From a virus (lineage: Duplodnaviria > Caudoviricetes): a stretch of 52,110 bases of DNA. The notes under the pieces were generated by a model, which saw only the letters and a program-made list of their open reading frames with translations, made no database searches and had not been told where the DNA came from. Below are positions 27,001 to 36,073 of this stretch, piece by piece. A program made the translations under genes and the position numbers. The stretch lies in the IMG/VR virus record IMGVR_UViG_3300009528_000003, positions 1 through 52,110 of that record. One strand, written 5' to 3'. The stretch's first letter is position 1, and every line of letters begins with the position of its first letter.

Positions 27001-30000
27001 ATGAAACACATTCTTACAATCTTCGTTCTTTTATCCCTGTGCGGCAGCGCATTCGCACAACCAGCACCGGCGGTTTTCTTAAAGTGGGACGATGACGGAA
27101 ATGCTATCTTCAACAAAAGGGGAGATTCGCTATTCCTTTATCTCATTAACGGTTCCGACACAAGTGTCCTGTGGATTAGCTCAAGTGGGATATATTGGAA
27201 TCCTTCCACGCTCTTAGATTCTCTGTTCCTTGATAGTATGCGTACAGCGGCTGGCCGATTTGATGACCTCGATAGCGGTGCTATTATGGACATCATTGGC
27301 GACACAGGGATTGCGACTGGAGATATTATCAATGCTACCCTTTTGTTTGAGGACTGGGCGCAGAATGCTGCCAGTGCTAATCAGGTTGCAGTGTGGACTG
27401 GGAGTGTTTGGGAAGCACAAGATCAAGCTACTGGCGGGACTGGCGGCTGGACAGATCAAGACCCCCACATCATCCTTGAAGCCATTGATGATTCGGTTGG
27501 CATTGGGACGGCCTCGCCAGATGCTAAACTGGAAGTAGTCGGAGAAATAAAGACAGATACTCTAATTGTAACCGAGGACATCACTTTACCTGACAACTCA
27601 ATCAGTGATGAGGAATTGGATGAGGGGGCAGCCTTTTTATGGACTGGCGGTCATCAATGGAATGCCGCTGCTTATTTTGCAGATAACTTAATTGTTTACG
27701 ATGGTGTTGGAGATTCGCCATTTTTTAGTTGTAGAGATGGGGACAGTAAGCATTTTTTGATTTCCAAGTATGATGCAGGATACAGCAGACTTTACAACAA
27801 TGAGGCTGAAATCCGTTTCCACTTCTCCGATGATGGAGACGACTATATTTATTTCGATACATCTACTGCCAACGTCCCAATGATCTCGACTGGGGGTGAT
27901 TGTGATATGGTCATAAATGCCAGCAGCGGTGAGATTTCTCTTGGTGACGAGAACCTGACAACTACTGGCACACTGGATGCTGGAGCTACTTCAGTTACGG
28001 GAAATATCACGGTGACAGGGACTGTGGATACGGTAGATTTAGCCGCTTTGGGTGCGACTGTTCCCAAAATCACTGATGATACTACAGACTTCAAGACCGC
28101 TTATGATTCTTCTCAAAATCTGACAGCCAACTACATGGATACAGATGGCGATACGGTTACTGGGACTTATGATTTCTCAGACGGAGACATTGTAGACGTT
28201 GAAAACCTTGACGCAGACACAATCGTTACTATCTATGCGACAAGGGGAACAAAGGCAGTTGCCGACAGTCAATATACAACTAAGAAATATGTCGATGATA
28301 ATATAGCTGCGGCTGGGGGCGGAGATGTGACCGATGTTGTAGGTGGGGATGGCTTGGTCGATGATGGTAACACCGGCTCTATCACACTTGACGTGAAGGC
28401 TGGTTATGGCATTGTGATTGTTGGTGATTCGGTAGAAGCTGACACTGCGACATTGAAGGCCAACATGATTGTAGATTCTGCCGTTGGAGCTGAACGAGCG
28501 ACCTATGCCGATTCTGCTGGTTCCAGTGCCGATGAGAAGGTGCAGGATAAGGTTGGTGCTATGTTTACGGATAGTGCCCATTCTCAGATAACGGCTGTTT
28601 ACGATGATGCTGGAGCTACTGTTGAATTGGCTTTGGACAATCCAGTAGACTCTGCCGATGGCTCTGAACGGGCGACAAAAGACGGGGATGGCAGTACAAT
28701 CAGCACAACTTATATGAAACGTAGTGGTGCTTTAGCGGTGACTGGCAACCAGAATTGGGGCGATCAGAATCTTACCAATGTCGAGATAGGCGACTTTGAT
28801 ACTTTGGCTGTGGAGAGTCTGGGTGTTAGTTCTCGTTTTGAGATTGGCGGCGATAAGTTTACAGACTTAACTGGTAGCGGATTAGAAATTGTTGCTGGTG
28901 CTCTTACGCACACAGCGCATACTGGTGATGTAACAGGGACGACAGCACTGACGATTGCCGCTAATGCGGTCGAGTCGACCATGATCGGGGCAGATCAGGT
29001 AAACGATCTTGACATCAATTTTGGTACGGGTACGGATCAGGTGTCAACGACCGATATACCGGAAGGCACAAACAAGTACGAAACTTTCGATTCCAGTGCT
29101 GCTAAAATTCGTGCCAAGCCCATTAGTAAGGCTGCACCAACGGACAACTATATCCTAAAGTTCGATGCGGTTAAAGATTCCTTTATGTTGGAGGTAGATG
29201 CTGGTGCTGCTGGCGGAACAACAGATTCCACCTATATCAATGATGGTGTTCAATATGGCCCGTTTACCAACGATATGTATAAGATACTGGAGGGTGCGGG
29301 AATCAATATCGTTAGGGAAGATTCTACAAGTTATGATGTTTTCAAGTTTCAAGCTACTCTCGGCACAAGTGTTGATCTAACATCAGAAGTAACTGGCACT
29401 CTGCCTGTTAATAAAGGTGGCAGTGGCGCATCCAACCTAACTGACCACGCTCTCATTGTCGGTAGTGGAACTGACCCCGTTTCTAATATCGGAGTCATGT
29501 CCAGTGGACAAATCCCGATTGGTGTAACCGGAGCTGACCCTGTAGCTGCTGCTCCTTCAGCCGGTGAGGCGATAGATATTAGTCTCGGTGCCGGTTCGAT
29601 TACTATAAGTGCCGAGGATGCAACGTCAGCTAACAAGGGTGTTGTGACTCTTGCGGCGATAAGAGCTGCTGGGGATACGGCTGCACATGACACCGCTGAT
29701 GTTTTGCGTAGTGAGGTGCAAGTGGAGATAGAGGATAGCCTTGACGAATACTCTCTAACATCGGCGATTGCTTCATTGTACCCTGATACCGCAGAAGTGG
29801 TGGACACAATTCAGGGGGTTCTTACGGAAGGTGGCTATCTTACTGGCAATGAATCTATCACGCTTTCCGGCGATGTTTCCGGTAGTGGAGCGACAGCTAT
29901 TACGACTACAATAGGTGCCAGTAAGGTTGACTCCAATATGCTTAACTCCACTGAGGTAGACGAATATATTCAGGACAAAGCAGGTGCAATGGACGGTGGT

Positions 30001-32019
30001 ACGGAAACCAGAATCAGCGTTACGTACAATGATGGTACGGGTGAAATAGACTACGTTGTTGACGACATGAATGATGATGTGCCGGAGGCGGGGGACTATA
30101 CTGCCCTGACAGGTGGCCACGGAATAACTCACGACCCGACTGGGACGGTCAAGGTTGACACTGCTGTTGCTGTTGCAGATGCCGAGACCAAGCCAGTTAC
30201 AGGCAATGCCGTTTGGGACTTCTGTGAGACGACCAAAAACTATGCCCTAAACAGTGAACTACATACCCGCTCTCACACGATGACCTCTACGAGTGACCAT
30301 ACAGCTGGTAACTATAAACTATTTCACTCGGACGGTTCCGGTGAAGTGCAGGAGTTGGCTCATGGTGCAAGTGCTAAAGTACTAACAAGCGGTGGCGCTT
30401 CTTCTGCACCAACATGGGAAACGCCTACTGCTGGTTTCAACTGGCAAGACAGTGCCGGTGAACCGCCGTTCTGGGTGGATTCAGCGAAGTATGCAACAAC
30501 AACTGGAAGTATAAGTGATGCTTTTGTTGCTGGTAAACTGACCGTCACTGGGCCGATAGATAGGTACAACATCAAACTTGAACTCGACACTACCAACATT
30601 TACTGTGCTCACGCTGACACCTTTCTAAGGTTGCCGATTGATACAAGCTCTATAGGTGCTCCAGAGGACACATTCCAGATGATGCACCCGTCGATTGTCT
30701 ATATACCCGAAGGAAAATGGGGTTACAAATACTGGTTGGCATGTACACCACCAAATGCATCTCCCATAAAGGAAGACATACACATTCTTGTTAGCAATGA
30801 CGAAGTAACTTGGACGGAGTTTGTATCTGGTTCAGATACTTTATATAATCCGGTTTTTAAGGCGGCTGATTTCGATAGTGCTATTTATACATCCGATCCA
30901 GATATGGTCTGGGATGAAAACGGCGACCTACATCTTGTATTTCGTGTTAGTCGCATAAATGTTACAGATAGTCCTACGGTTCATTATTTGTATTGTGCTT
31001 CCACAAATGATGGGATTGACTGGACTGATACCATGATGATAATTGACGGTTTCTATGACTACGGAACAGGAATTAGTCCAAAGTGGGGTAGTCTTGATCT
31101 TCTTTCGCCGGGACTCATTATGCGTGGCGCAGGTGATTATTTCATGTATACATCAGAGGATACGGGTTCAGGGTCTCCGACTAAATGGACACGAGTTGCT
31201 TGGGAGGCACCAAGAATTGATACTCTGTGGCGTAATGTCTCCGGTTTTGACAGTACAATCTTATTTGGAACAATCGGTCCGTTTATGTATGATACAATTC
31301 GTATATCTATAGTTCATCAAACCTTCCCCGATGGTAATGTGGTATTCCATGCGGATGAAATTGTTTATGGTACTGATTTGATTGTCAATTTAGTTGGTAC
31401 TTACGATGGAGTTATCACGTACCCCGCTATCTATATGGGTATTAGTACAGACGGGGAATACTTCACCTCGGTTTCGACTCCACTTCTTGATACGATAAAT
31501 AACTTAACCGCATGGGATCATAATATACTTTACAGAGCATCGGGCTATTTCGTTGTTCGTAACGGTAAGGTAATTTTGCGGATGTATTACTGTGGTGAAG
31601 TAGATGGTGACTGGTACACTGGTCTTACGAATGTTTACTTTGGGGATGTTCTAAATACGAAAGAACTCTTAATCTGGAATCCCGATATTATTACGGATAC
31701 AGTCCCGATATTTGAAGCCGACTCAGCAGATTATCCGGGTGGCATTGAGATATATTCAGTCGCAGTACAGACATCGGAAGACGGCACATATGCACTAAAA
31801 TTCTTCAGCTACACCGCCGCCGACCCGCCGGTATTACATGATTACATAGATACCTTGAATGTCGGGGCATCCGATCAAAGGGCATCATCTATCCTCTTTG
31901 AAGATGACGATTCTCCGCTCATTGATCGTGGACAGTCTATGTATATTCTGACTCCTTCAACCGACATTGACTGGATTAAGGTAAAGTACAAGTTCTTTGT
32001 GAGGGACTGGTTAGAATGA
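27001..32019 (+). CDS. Tail fibre/spike with signal peptide and C-terminal beta-propeller (glycoside hydrolase-like) domain
   Basis: MKHILTIFVLLSLCGSAFA leader; fibre motifs VGIGTASPDAKLEV, TTKKYVD, GTLPVNKGG, ITLSGDVSGSG; HPSIV...SDPDMVW...STNDGIDW. Confidence 0.75.
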   Translation: MKHILTIFVLLSLCGSAFAQPAPAVFLKWDDDGNAIFNKRGDSLFLYLINGSDTSVLWISSSGIYWNPSTLLDSLFLDSMRTAAGRFDDLDSGAIMDIIGDTGIATGDIINATLLFEDWAQNAASANQVAVWTGSVWEAQDQATGGTGGWTDQDPHIILEAIDDSVGIGTASPDAKLEVVGEIKTDTLIVTEDITLPDNSISDEELDEGAAFLWTGGHQWNAAAYFADNLIVYDGVGDSPFFSCRDGDSKHFLISKYDAGYSRLYNNEAEIRFHFSDDGDDYIYFDTSTANVPMISTGGDCDMVINASSGEISLGDENLTTTGTLDAGATSVTGNITVTGTVDTVDLAALGATVPKITDDTTDFKTAYDSSQNLTANYMDTDGDTVTGTYDFSDGDIVDVENLDADTIVTIYATRGTKAVADSQYTTKKYVDDNIAAAGGGDVTDVVGGDGLVDDGNTGSITLDVKAGYGIVIVGDSVEADTATLKANMIVDSAVGAERATYADSAGSSADEKVQDKVGAMFTDSAHSQITAVYDDAGATVELALDNPVDSADGSERATKDGDGSTISTTYMKRSGALAVTGNQNWGDQNLTNVEIGDFDTLAVESLGVSSRFEIGGDKFTDLTGSGLEIVAGALTHTAHTGDVTGTTALTIAANAVESTMIGADQVNDLDINFGTGTDQVSTTDIPEGTNKYETFDSSAAKIRAKPISKAAPTDNYILKFDAVKDSFMLEVDAGAAGGTTDSTYINDGVQYGPFTNDMYKILEGAGINIVREDSTSYDVFKFQATLGTSVDLTSEVTGTLPVNKGGSGASNLTDHALIVGSGTDPVSNIGVMSSGQIPIGVTGADPVAAAPSAGEAIDISLGAGSITISAEDATSANKGVVTLAAIRAAGDTAAHDTADVLRSEVQVEIEDSLDEYSLTSAIASLYPDTAEVVDTIQGVLTEGGYLTGNESITLSGDVSGSGATAITTTIGASKVDSNMLNSTEVDEYIQDKAGAMDGGTETRISVTYNDGTGEIDYVVDDMNDDVPEAGDYTALTGGHGITHDPTGTVKVDTAVAVADAETKPVTGNAVWDFCETTKNYALNSELHTRSHTMTSTSDHTAGNYKLFHSDGSGEVQELAHGASAKVLTSGGASSAPTWETPTAGFNWQDSAGEPPFWVDSAKYATTTGSISDAFVAGKLTVTGPIDRYNIKLELDTTNIYCAHADTFLRLPIDTSSIGAPEDTFQMMHPSIVYIPEGKWGYKYWLACTPPNASPIKEDIHILVSNDEVTWTEFVSGSDTLYNPVFKAADFDSAIYTSDPDMVWDENGDLHLVFRVSRINVTDSPTVHYLYCASTNDGIDWTDTMMIIDGFYDYGTGISPKWGSLDLLSPGLIMRGAGDYFMYTSEDTGSGSPTKWTRVAWEAPRIDTLWRNVSGFDSTILFGTIGPFMYDTIRISIVHQTFPDGNVVFHADEIVYGTDLIVNLVGTYDGVITYPAIYMGISTDGEYFTSVSTPLLDTINNLTAWDHNILYRASGYFVVRNGKVILRMYYCGEVDGDWYTGLTNVYFGDVLNTKELLIWNPDIITDTVPIFEADSADYPGGIEIYSVAVQTSEDGTYALKFFSYTAADPPVLHDYIDTLNVGASDQRASSILFEDDDSPLIDRGQSMYILTPSTDIDWIKVKYKFFVRDWLE

Positions 32020-32558
32020 AAACGACTATTGTAGCTTTGATCTTGATGTTCTACACCCCGTCTCTTGTCTGGGCAGACGGGTTTGGAGCTGATAATGAAG
32101 GTGCTTCAAGTTTTAGTATTGAGGATGAAATTTGGGCTAATCGATCTTCTCCTGAATTTTCGGGCAGACTTGATAGCATCAAGGCTTGGTTGACGGTGAC
32201 GACAGAAGCTCACTTGGTTAAATTAGCGGTTTACAAATGGTCTGATACAAGTTTTGTGGATTCGACTGAGATTATTGATGTACCTACTGGTGAGGGCTGG
32301 GTCTACTTTCAGTTTGTAAACAATGCAAGCATTACCGAAGGTACGGAATATGCCTTAGCTGTTGTAGCAGAAGCAACCGCTGGTTATTGTAAGATTGATG
32401 TTGATCTAAACATCGGTTCTCATGCTGTTCAATCTGATTTTACCTATGGTGTGTGGCCTACTCCCAAATGGACTACAGTGAGTGGTATTGGAAACATGGA
32501 GTTCTCGATCTACTGTTTTTACACAGCGGTGGGAGGACAGGTGATTTTTATACAGTGA
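32016..32558 (+). CDS. Signal-peptide-bearing beta-sandwich protein (tail-associated)
   Basis: MKTTIVALILMFYTPSLVWA leader; coupled to the fibre gene. Confidence 0.6.
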   Translation: MKTTIVALILMFYTPSLVWADGFGADNEGASSFSIEDEIWANRSSPEFSGRLDSIKAWLTVTTEAHLVKLAVYKWSDTSFVDSTEIIDVPTGEGWVYFQFVNNASITEGTEYALAVVAEATAGYCKIDVDLNIGSHAVQSDFTYGVWPTPKWTTVSGIGNMEFSIYCFYTAVGGQVIFIQ

Positions 32559-32565
32559 GGTAGAT

Positions 32566-32670
32566 ATGCAAACACTGTTTTCCATATTAGTTCTGATCTT
32601 TATAGTCCTTTGGGCTTTCGGTTTACCGAGTAAGAAGATAGATGCATGGTGGAATAATCTTGGAGGATGA
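32566..32670 (+). CDS. Small single-TM peptide (34 aa)
   Basis: Translated by hand: MQTLFSILVLIFIVLWAFGLPSKKIDAWWNNLGG; GAGG RBS. Confidence 0.5.
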   Translation: MQTLFSILVLIFIVLWAFGLPSKKIDAWWNNLGG

Positions 32671-32671
32671 T

Positions 32672-33757
32672 ATGAAAATAACAGATAAATCGGCTCGAAA
32701 TATAGCAATTACGGTCGCCCTTGCTTTCGTGATAGTTATGGCTGTCATGCTCACAGATATTTGGGGTGGTGTGGTTGATTATCCCCTTCGCTTTGTTGGT
32801 GACTACGATTCTGTTCATGTCATCTGGTGGGAAAAAGATGCACTCGTTTGGCAACCAGAGGATAGTGCTTGGTTCACGAGTATTCCAGACAGTGCTGCAT
32901 CTATAGAATTGGATGACGCAAAAGATTGGAAAGTAGATTATTGTTATTTTAGCGGGGGGGAGCAAATCTGTGTTGGTCAGTTCATCAAGTTCACAGCAGG
33001 GGCAGCTACAATTTCGTCAACGGATAAAGAAGAGATTGCGGGGCTCGTTGAGGATACACTTAAAGTTCATCATGGTGCCGATGCTTGGACAACGGGCGGT
33101 GCTGGTTCCGGTGCCTACACAGTTGATATTTATGTCTTTGATACTCTCGGAGGTGCTACAACCGCTGTGGAGGGAGCGACCGTAGATTGGAGATTATGGG
33201 GTTTGGGACGACCATCCCACCGAGTTGTAACCAGTAATGAGTTCGGCATTGGCCGTATTCACACTGACTTGGATAGTTTGGCTGTACGTATCGAGGACAA
33301 TCCTTTCTACATTTTCTCGTCCACTTGGGATAGTCTCAGTTGGACGGCGGATTACTCGGACAGCATCTACGGATACCTTAACATACCTGCGGCGGCCAGT
33401 TCGCCCAACTATGTATTAGCCTACGTTGATGTTGGGGAAGGGATAATAGACTCGGCTTCCGGTAGTATGATTCCCCGTGATGCAATTGAACTATACTTGG
33501 ACTTGATTGGAGAAACAACGCTTAATGACGGTAGTTGGATGATTGTTCCGAAACGACAGACTAAGGAGCCGGATGCGAGCGGGCGAGTTAACTTTATTAT
33601 CCCAGCTAATACTGTTATGACTCCACTTGGTTCCTACTACATTCTCAGCTATCGGGCTTTCGATGGTGTCATGCAGATCACGGGAGAATTAAAGAGATTC
33701 ACCGTAGATACAATTCCCGACCCCATAAACATACTTGATGCTACGGAGTCACGGTAG
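32672..33757 (+). CDS. Exported or membrane-anchored Ig-like beta protein
   Basis: GGAGG RBS at 32672; N-terminal hydrophobic stretch; AVEGATV and DASGRVNF patterns. Confidence 0.6.
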   Translation: MKITDKSARNIAITVALAFVIVMAVMLTDIWGGVVDYPLRFVGDYDSVHVIWWEKDALVWQPEDSAWFTSIPDSAASIELDDAKDWKVDYCYFSGGEQICVGQFIKFTAGAATISSTDKEEIAGLVEDTLKVHHGADAWTTGGAGSGAYTVDIYVFDTLGGATTAVEGATVDWRLWGLGRPSHRVVTSNEFGIGRIHTDLDSLAVRIEDNPFYIFSSTWDSLSWTADYSDSIYGYLNIPAAASSPNYVLAYVDVGEGIIDSASGSMIPRDAIELYLDLIGETTLNDGSWMIVPKRQTKEPDASGRVNFIIPANTVMTPLGSYYILSYRAFDGVMQITGELKRFTVDTIPDPINILDATESR

Positions 33758-33764
33758 GTGAGAT

Positions 33765-34145
33765 ATGAAATTCAAGGATGAAGATACTGGCAAACTCTGG
33801 TATCAGTGGGTAAATAAAGAACCAGTTCATAAACCATTTCTGAGGTTGCACCGAACTCTGCTCATTATAGACGACCTGAGTAAGCTGACTGGGCATGGTG
33901 AGATAACTGTTACGGAATTTCTTAGGCCGAAGGGTTCTGGTGGTTATCATCCTGAAGCTCAGGCTGCCGACTTTCGGGTGAAGGATAAGAGCAAAGAGTG
34001 GTATGAGGCAATGATTCTGTTTAAGTACGTCTTATCTCGATTAGACTGGCAGGTACAGCTTGTGCCACACCTTGAACTTTGGCGTAAAGACCATCAGCAC
34101 ATTCATGTAGAGATAGATGACGGCAGCCTTGGACATAACAACTAA
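33765..34145 (+). CDS. Putative endolysin, peptidase M15-like
   Basis: YHPEAQAADF (H-x6-D) and HIHVE zinc-ligand motifs. Confidence 0.7.
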   Translation: MKFKDEDTGKLWYQWVNKEPVHKPFLRLHRTLLIIDDLSKLTGHGEITVTEFLRPKGSGGYHPEAQAADFRVKDKSKEWYEAMILFKYVLSRLDWQVQLVPHLELWRKDHQHIHVEIDDGSLGHNN

Positions 34146-34157
34146 AGATCGGAGGTT

Positions 34158-34394
34158 GTGATGGATAAGAAGCTAATCAATGTAGGCACAGAGGATTACT
34201 CACTGTGGGTGCCAGGAGGTTTGCCAGTGGCGGTGTATGGACTTGAGACGCCTGCCGTTGATGATATGAACAATTTGATTATGCTGAAAACGAGAATCGC
34301 TTACCACGATGGGAGTGGCAGCAGGTATGATTCTCCGCTCCCTCCGTCTCAAGTCATTAAGTTGTTTGAGAATAGCAATAGCGATATAGAATAG
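34158..34394 (+). CDS. Hypothetical protein
   Basis: GGAGG RBS. Confidence 0.5.
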   Translation: MMDKKLINVGTEDYSLWVPGGLPVAVYGLETPAVDDMNNLIMLKTRIAYHDGSGSRYDSPLPPSQVIKLFENSNSDIE

Positions 34395-34528
34395 GAGATA
34401 GTGATGCCAAGCAATGTAGTTATTGTCAACGGAAAAGAGGTTCATGTTCCCGACAGTTGGATGCCGCCCCTGTGGGAGTATCTAAAGCTGGTTGAGAAAA
34501 AGGTGAATAACAAAGAATTGGAGGAATG

Positions 34529-34666
34529 ATGCCGAGCGTGTCACAAGCACAACGTAGGAAAATGGCGGCTCTACATAGTCGAGGAGAGATAACGGACAAG
34601 CAGTGGGAGGATTTCAAGGTGGTTAAACCTAACCGTAGAAAGAAGGTGGGGAAAAAGAGAAAATGA
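34529..34666 (+). CDS. Small basic protein (MPSVSQAQRRKMAALHSRGEI...)
   Basis: Translated by hand; GGAGG RBS; TGATG coupling. Confidence 0.55.
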   Translation: MPSVSQAQRRKMAALHSRGEITDKQWEDFKVVKPNRRKKVGKKRK

Positions 34667-34812
34667 TCGGCTGGTTAGTAGACAAGTTCAGCGACAAGGC
34701 TGTGCGAAAGTTGGTAGGCAAGTACCGGCCACGAGCTATATGGTCTGTTGTGTTCTGGGCGATACTCGTGATTATCGGTATTGTCGGGACTTGTAAAATC
34801 TTTGTTTGGTAA
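34663..34812 (+). CDS. Small single-TM protein (lysis region)
   Basis: Translated by hand, 49 aa with C-terminal TM; ATGA overlap. Confidence 0.5.
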   Translation: MIGWLVDKFSDKAVRKLVGKYRPRAIWSVVFWAILVIIGIVGTCKIFVW

Positions 34813-34821
34813 GGAGGTATT

Positions 34822-35013
34822 ATGAACGAAATGTTTTTCGGACTGGGAAGAACATGGGCACTTGCGGTCGTTGTGATTGTCGGTGCTACAGTTATGTTTG
34901 GACTTGGCAAAGTTGATGCTGGACAATGGCAGGAGATCATTCAGTGGGTGTTCGGACTTGCTGCGGCTAAATCTGCCGTTGTTGGTGTGGCTGGGAAAAT
35001 CAAAGCAAAATAA
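34822..35013 (+). CDS. Putative holin
   Basis: 63 aa, two hydrophobic segments and basic tail; TAAGGAGG RBS; near the endolysin. Confidence 0.6.
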   Translation: MNEMFFGLGRTWALAVVVIVGATVMFGLGKVDAGQWQEIIQWVFGLAAAKSAVVGVAGKIKAK

Positions 35014-35025
35014 TAAGGAGGATTT

Positions 35026-35316
35026 ATGAGAAAACTGATCTTAACCATTTTCCTTTTCATCTTGCTCCTCGCAGTTGCTCATTCTGAATGGGAAGATCGT
35101 ACTGAAGTAGAAGAGGCAGTATATAGTGTTGATACCATTCAGTCTGTTGAATACAACCATTGGTTAGACCAAGTAGATCGTGATAGTGTCCAAGTGATAT
35201 TCAAGGAAGAGCATTATACTTTGTACACAGAGTCAGGCCCCAATTATTCTTCGCTTGGAGTGGGCGGTGAGACGGATTCAGTATTGTATGACACCGTTAG
35301 ATATTACAGAAAGTAA
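35026..35316 (+). CDS. Secreted protein
   Basis: MRKLILTIFLFILLLAVAHS leader. Confidence 0.65.
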   Translation: MRKLILTIFLFILLLAVAHSEWEDRTEVEEAVYSVDTIQSVEYNHWLDQVDRDSVQVIFKEEHYTLYTESGPNYSSLGVGGETDSVLYDTVRYYRK

Positions 35317-35330
35317 ACTTAGGAGGAATT

Positions 35331-35870
35331 ATGAAAAAACTTCTCATCCTGTCGGCTTTCGTGCTGGCGGTAGTGGCCATGCCAGGCAATCCAGTCTGGG
35401 GGCAAGTGGAACCGCCGAGTGAACCGCCTTATGCGGTTATCGCAATGGCTGCGGGTGGAGTCCATTCTGGTTTCGGTCAGTGGTCAGGGGGCTTCATATT
35501 CGGCGGTGAATATCCTGTTGCTAAAGATGGTGACGTGGCTTTCAGGTTTGTTTATAGCCAGTTCAACTGGAATCCCGATGCACCCCTGCGAATCCTGCAA
35601 CCTGCGACACTTTTGAAATTTGACATCGGCAAACAATGGGGCGTTTGGATTGTGACGGGTGGCGACCTGTATCTGGCTGGTCAGAACACCGGGGCAGCTT
35701 TCTTTGGCGGCTTTGGTGGCAGTCGGACAATACTGACGTACCAAAACAAAAAGGGAAACTTCGGCTACTTTGACTTGGCCGGAGAGATGACAATGACCGG
35801 AGCCGGAGACAAGGAAACCGGCAGCTATTGGCAAATAAAACTGGGGGTCGCTTTCAGACCGGCAATATAA
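35331..35870 (+). CDS. Putative outer-membrane beta-barrel protein
   Basis: Signal peptide; alternating G/aromatic strands; C-terminal YWQIKLGVAF. Confidence 0.65.
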   Translation: MKKLLILSAFVLAVVAMPGNPVWGQVEPPSEPPYAVIAMAAGGVHSGFGQWSGGFIFGGEYPVAKDGDVAFRFVYSQFNWNPDAPLRILQPATLLKFDIGKQWGVWIVTGGDLYLAGQNTGAAFFGGFGGSRTILTYQNKKGNFGYFDLAGEMTMTGAGDKETGSYWQIKLGVAFRPAI

Positions 35871-35910
35871 AATTCCTTACCCGTGACTTGCCCCCTCCTA
35901 TGGGAGCCAC

Positions 35911-35955
35911 AAGAGCCGGTGGTTTTGACGACTCCTTTTCCGCCGGCTCTTTTTT
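35911..35955 (+). terminator. Intrinsic terminator at the end of the late operon
   Basis: AAGAGCCGG...CCGGCTCTTTTTT. Confidence 0.75.
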
Positions 35956-35956
35956 G

Positions 35957-35984
35957 TTGACAGATATTTGGGGATAAATATATT
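35957..35984 (+). promoter_or_regulatory. Sigma70-type promoter for the moron genes
   Basis: TTGACA-N16-TATATT. Confidence 0.5.
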
Positions 35985-36073
35985 GCTATCCAACTTACAG
36001 TCGGACTTTGGCCGACTGCGCTAATTTGGTCAACGGGGTAGTTCGGGTGCTACCCCGTGTTTATAGAAATCTA

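Noticed and set aside
27001-33757. Diversity-generating retroelement or invertible tail-fibre cassette
   Set aside because: No reverse transcriptase, template/variable repeat pair, invertase or flanking inverted repeats were seen.
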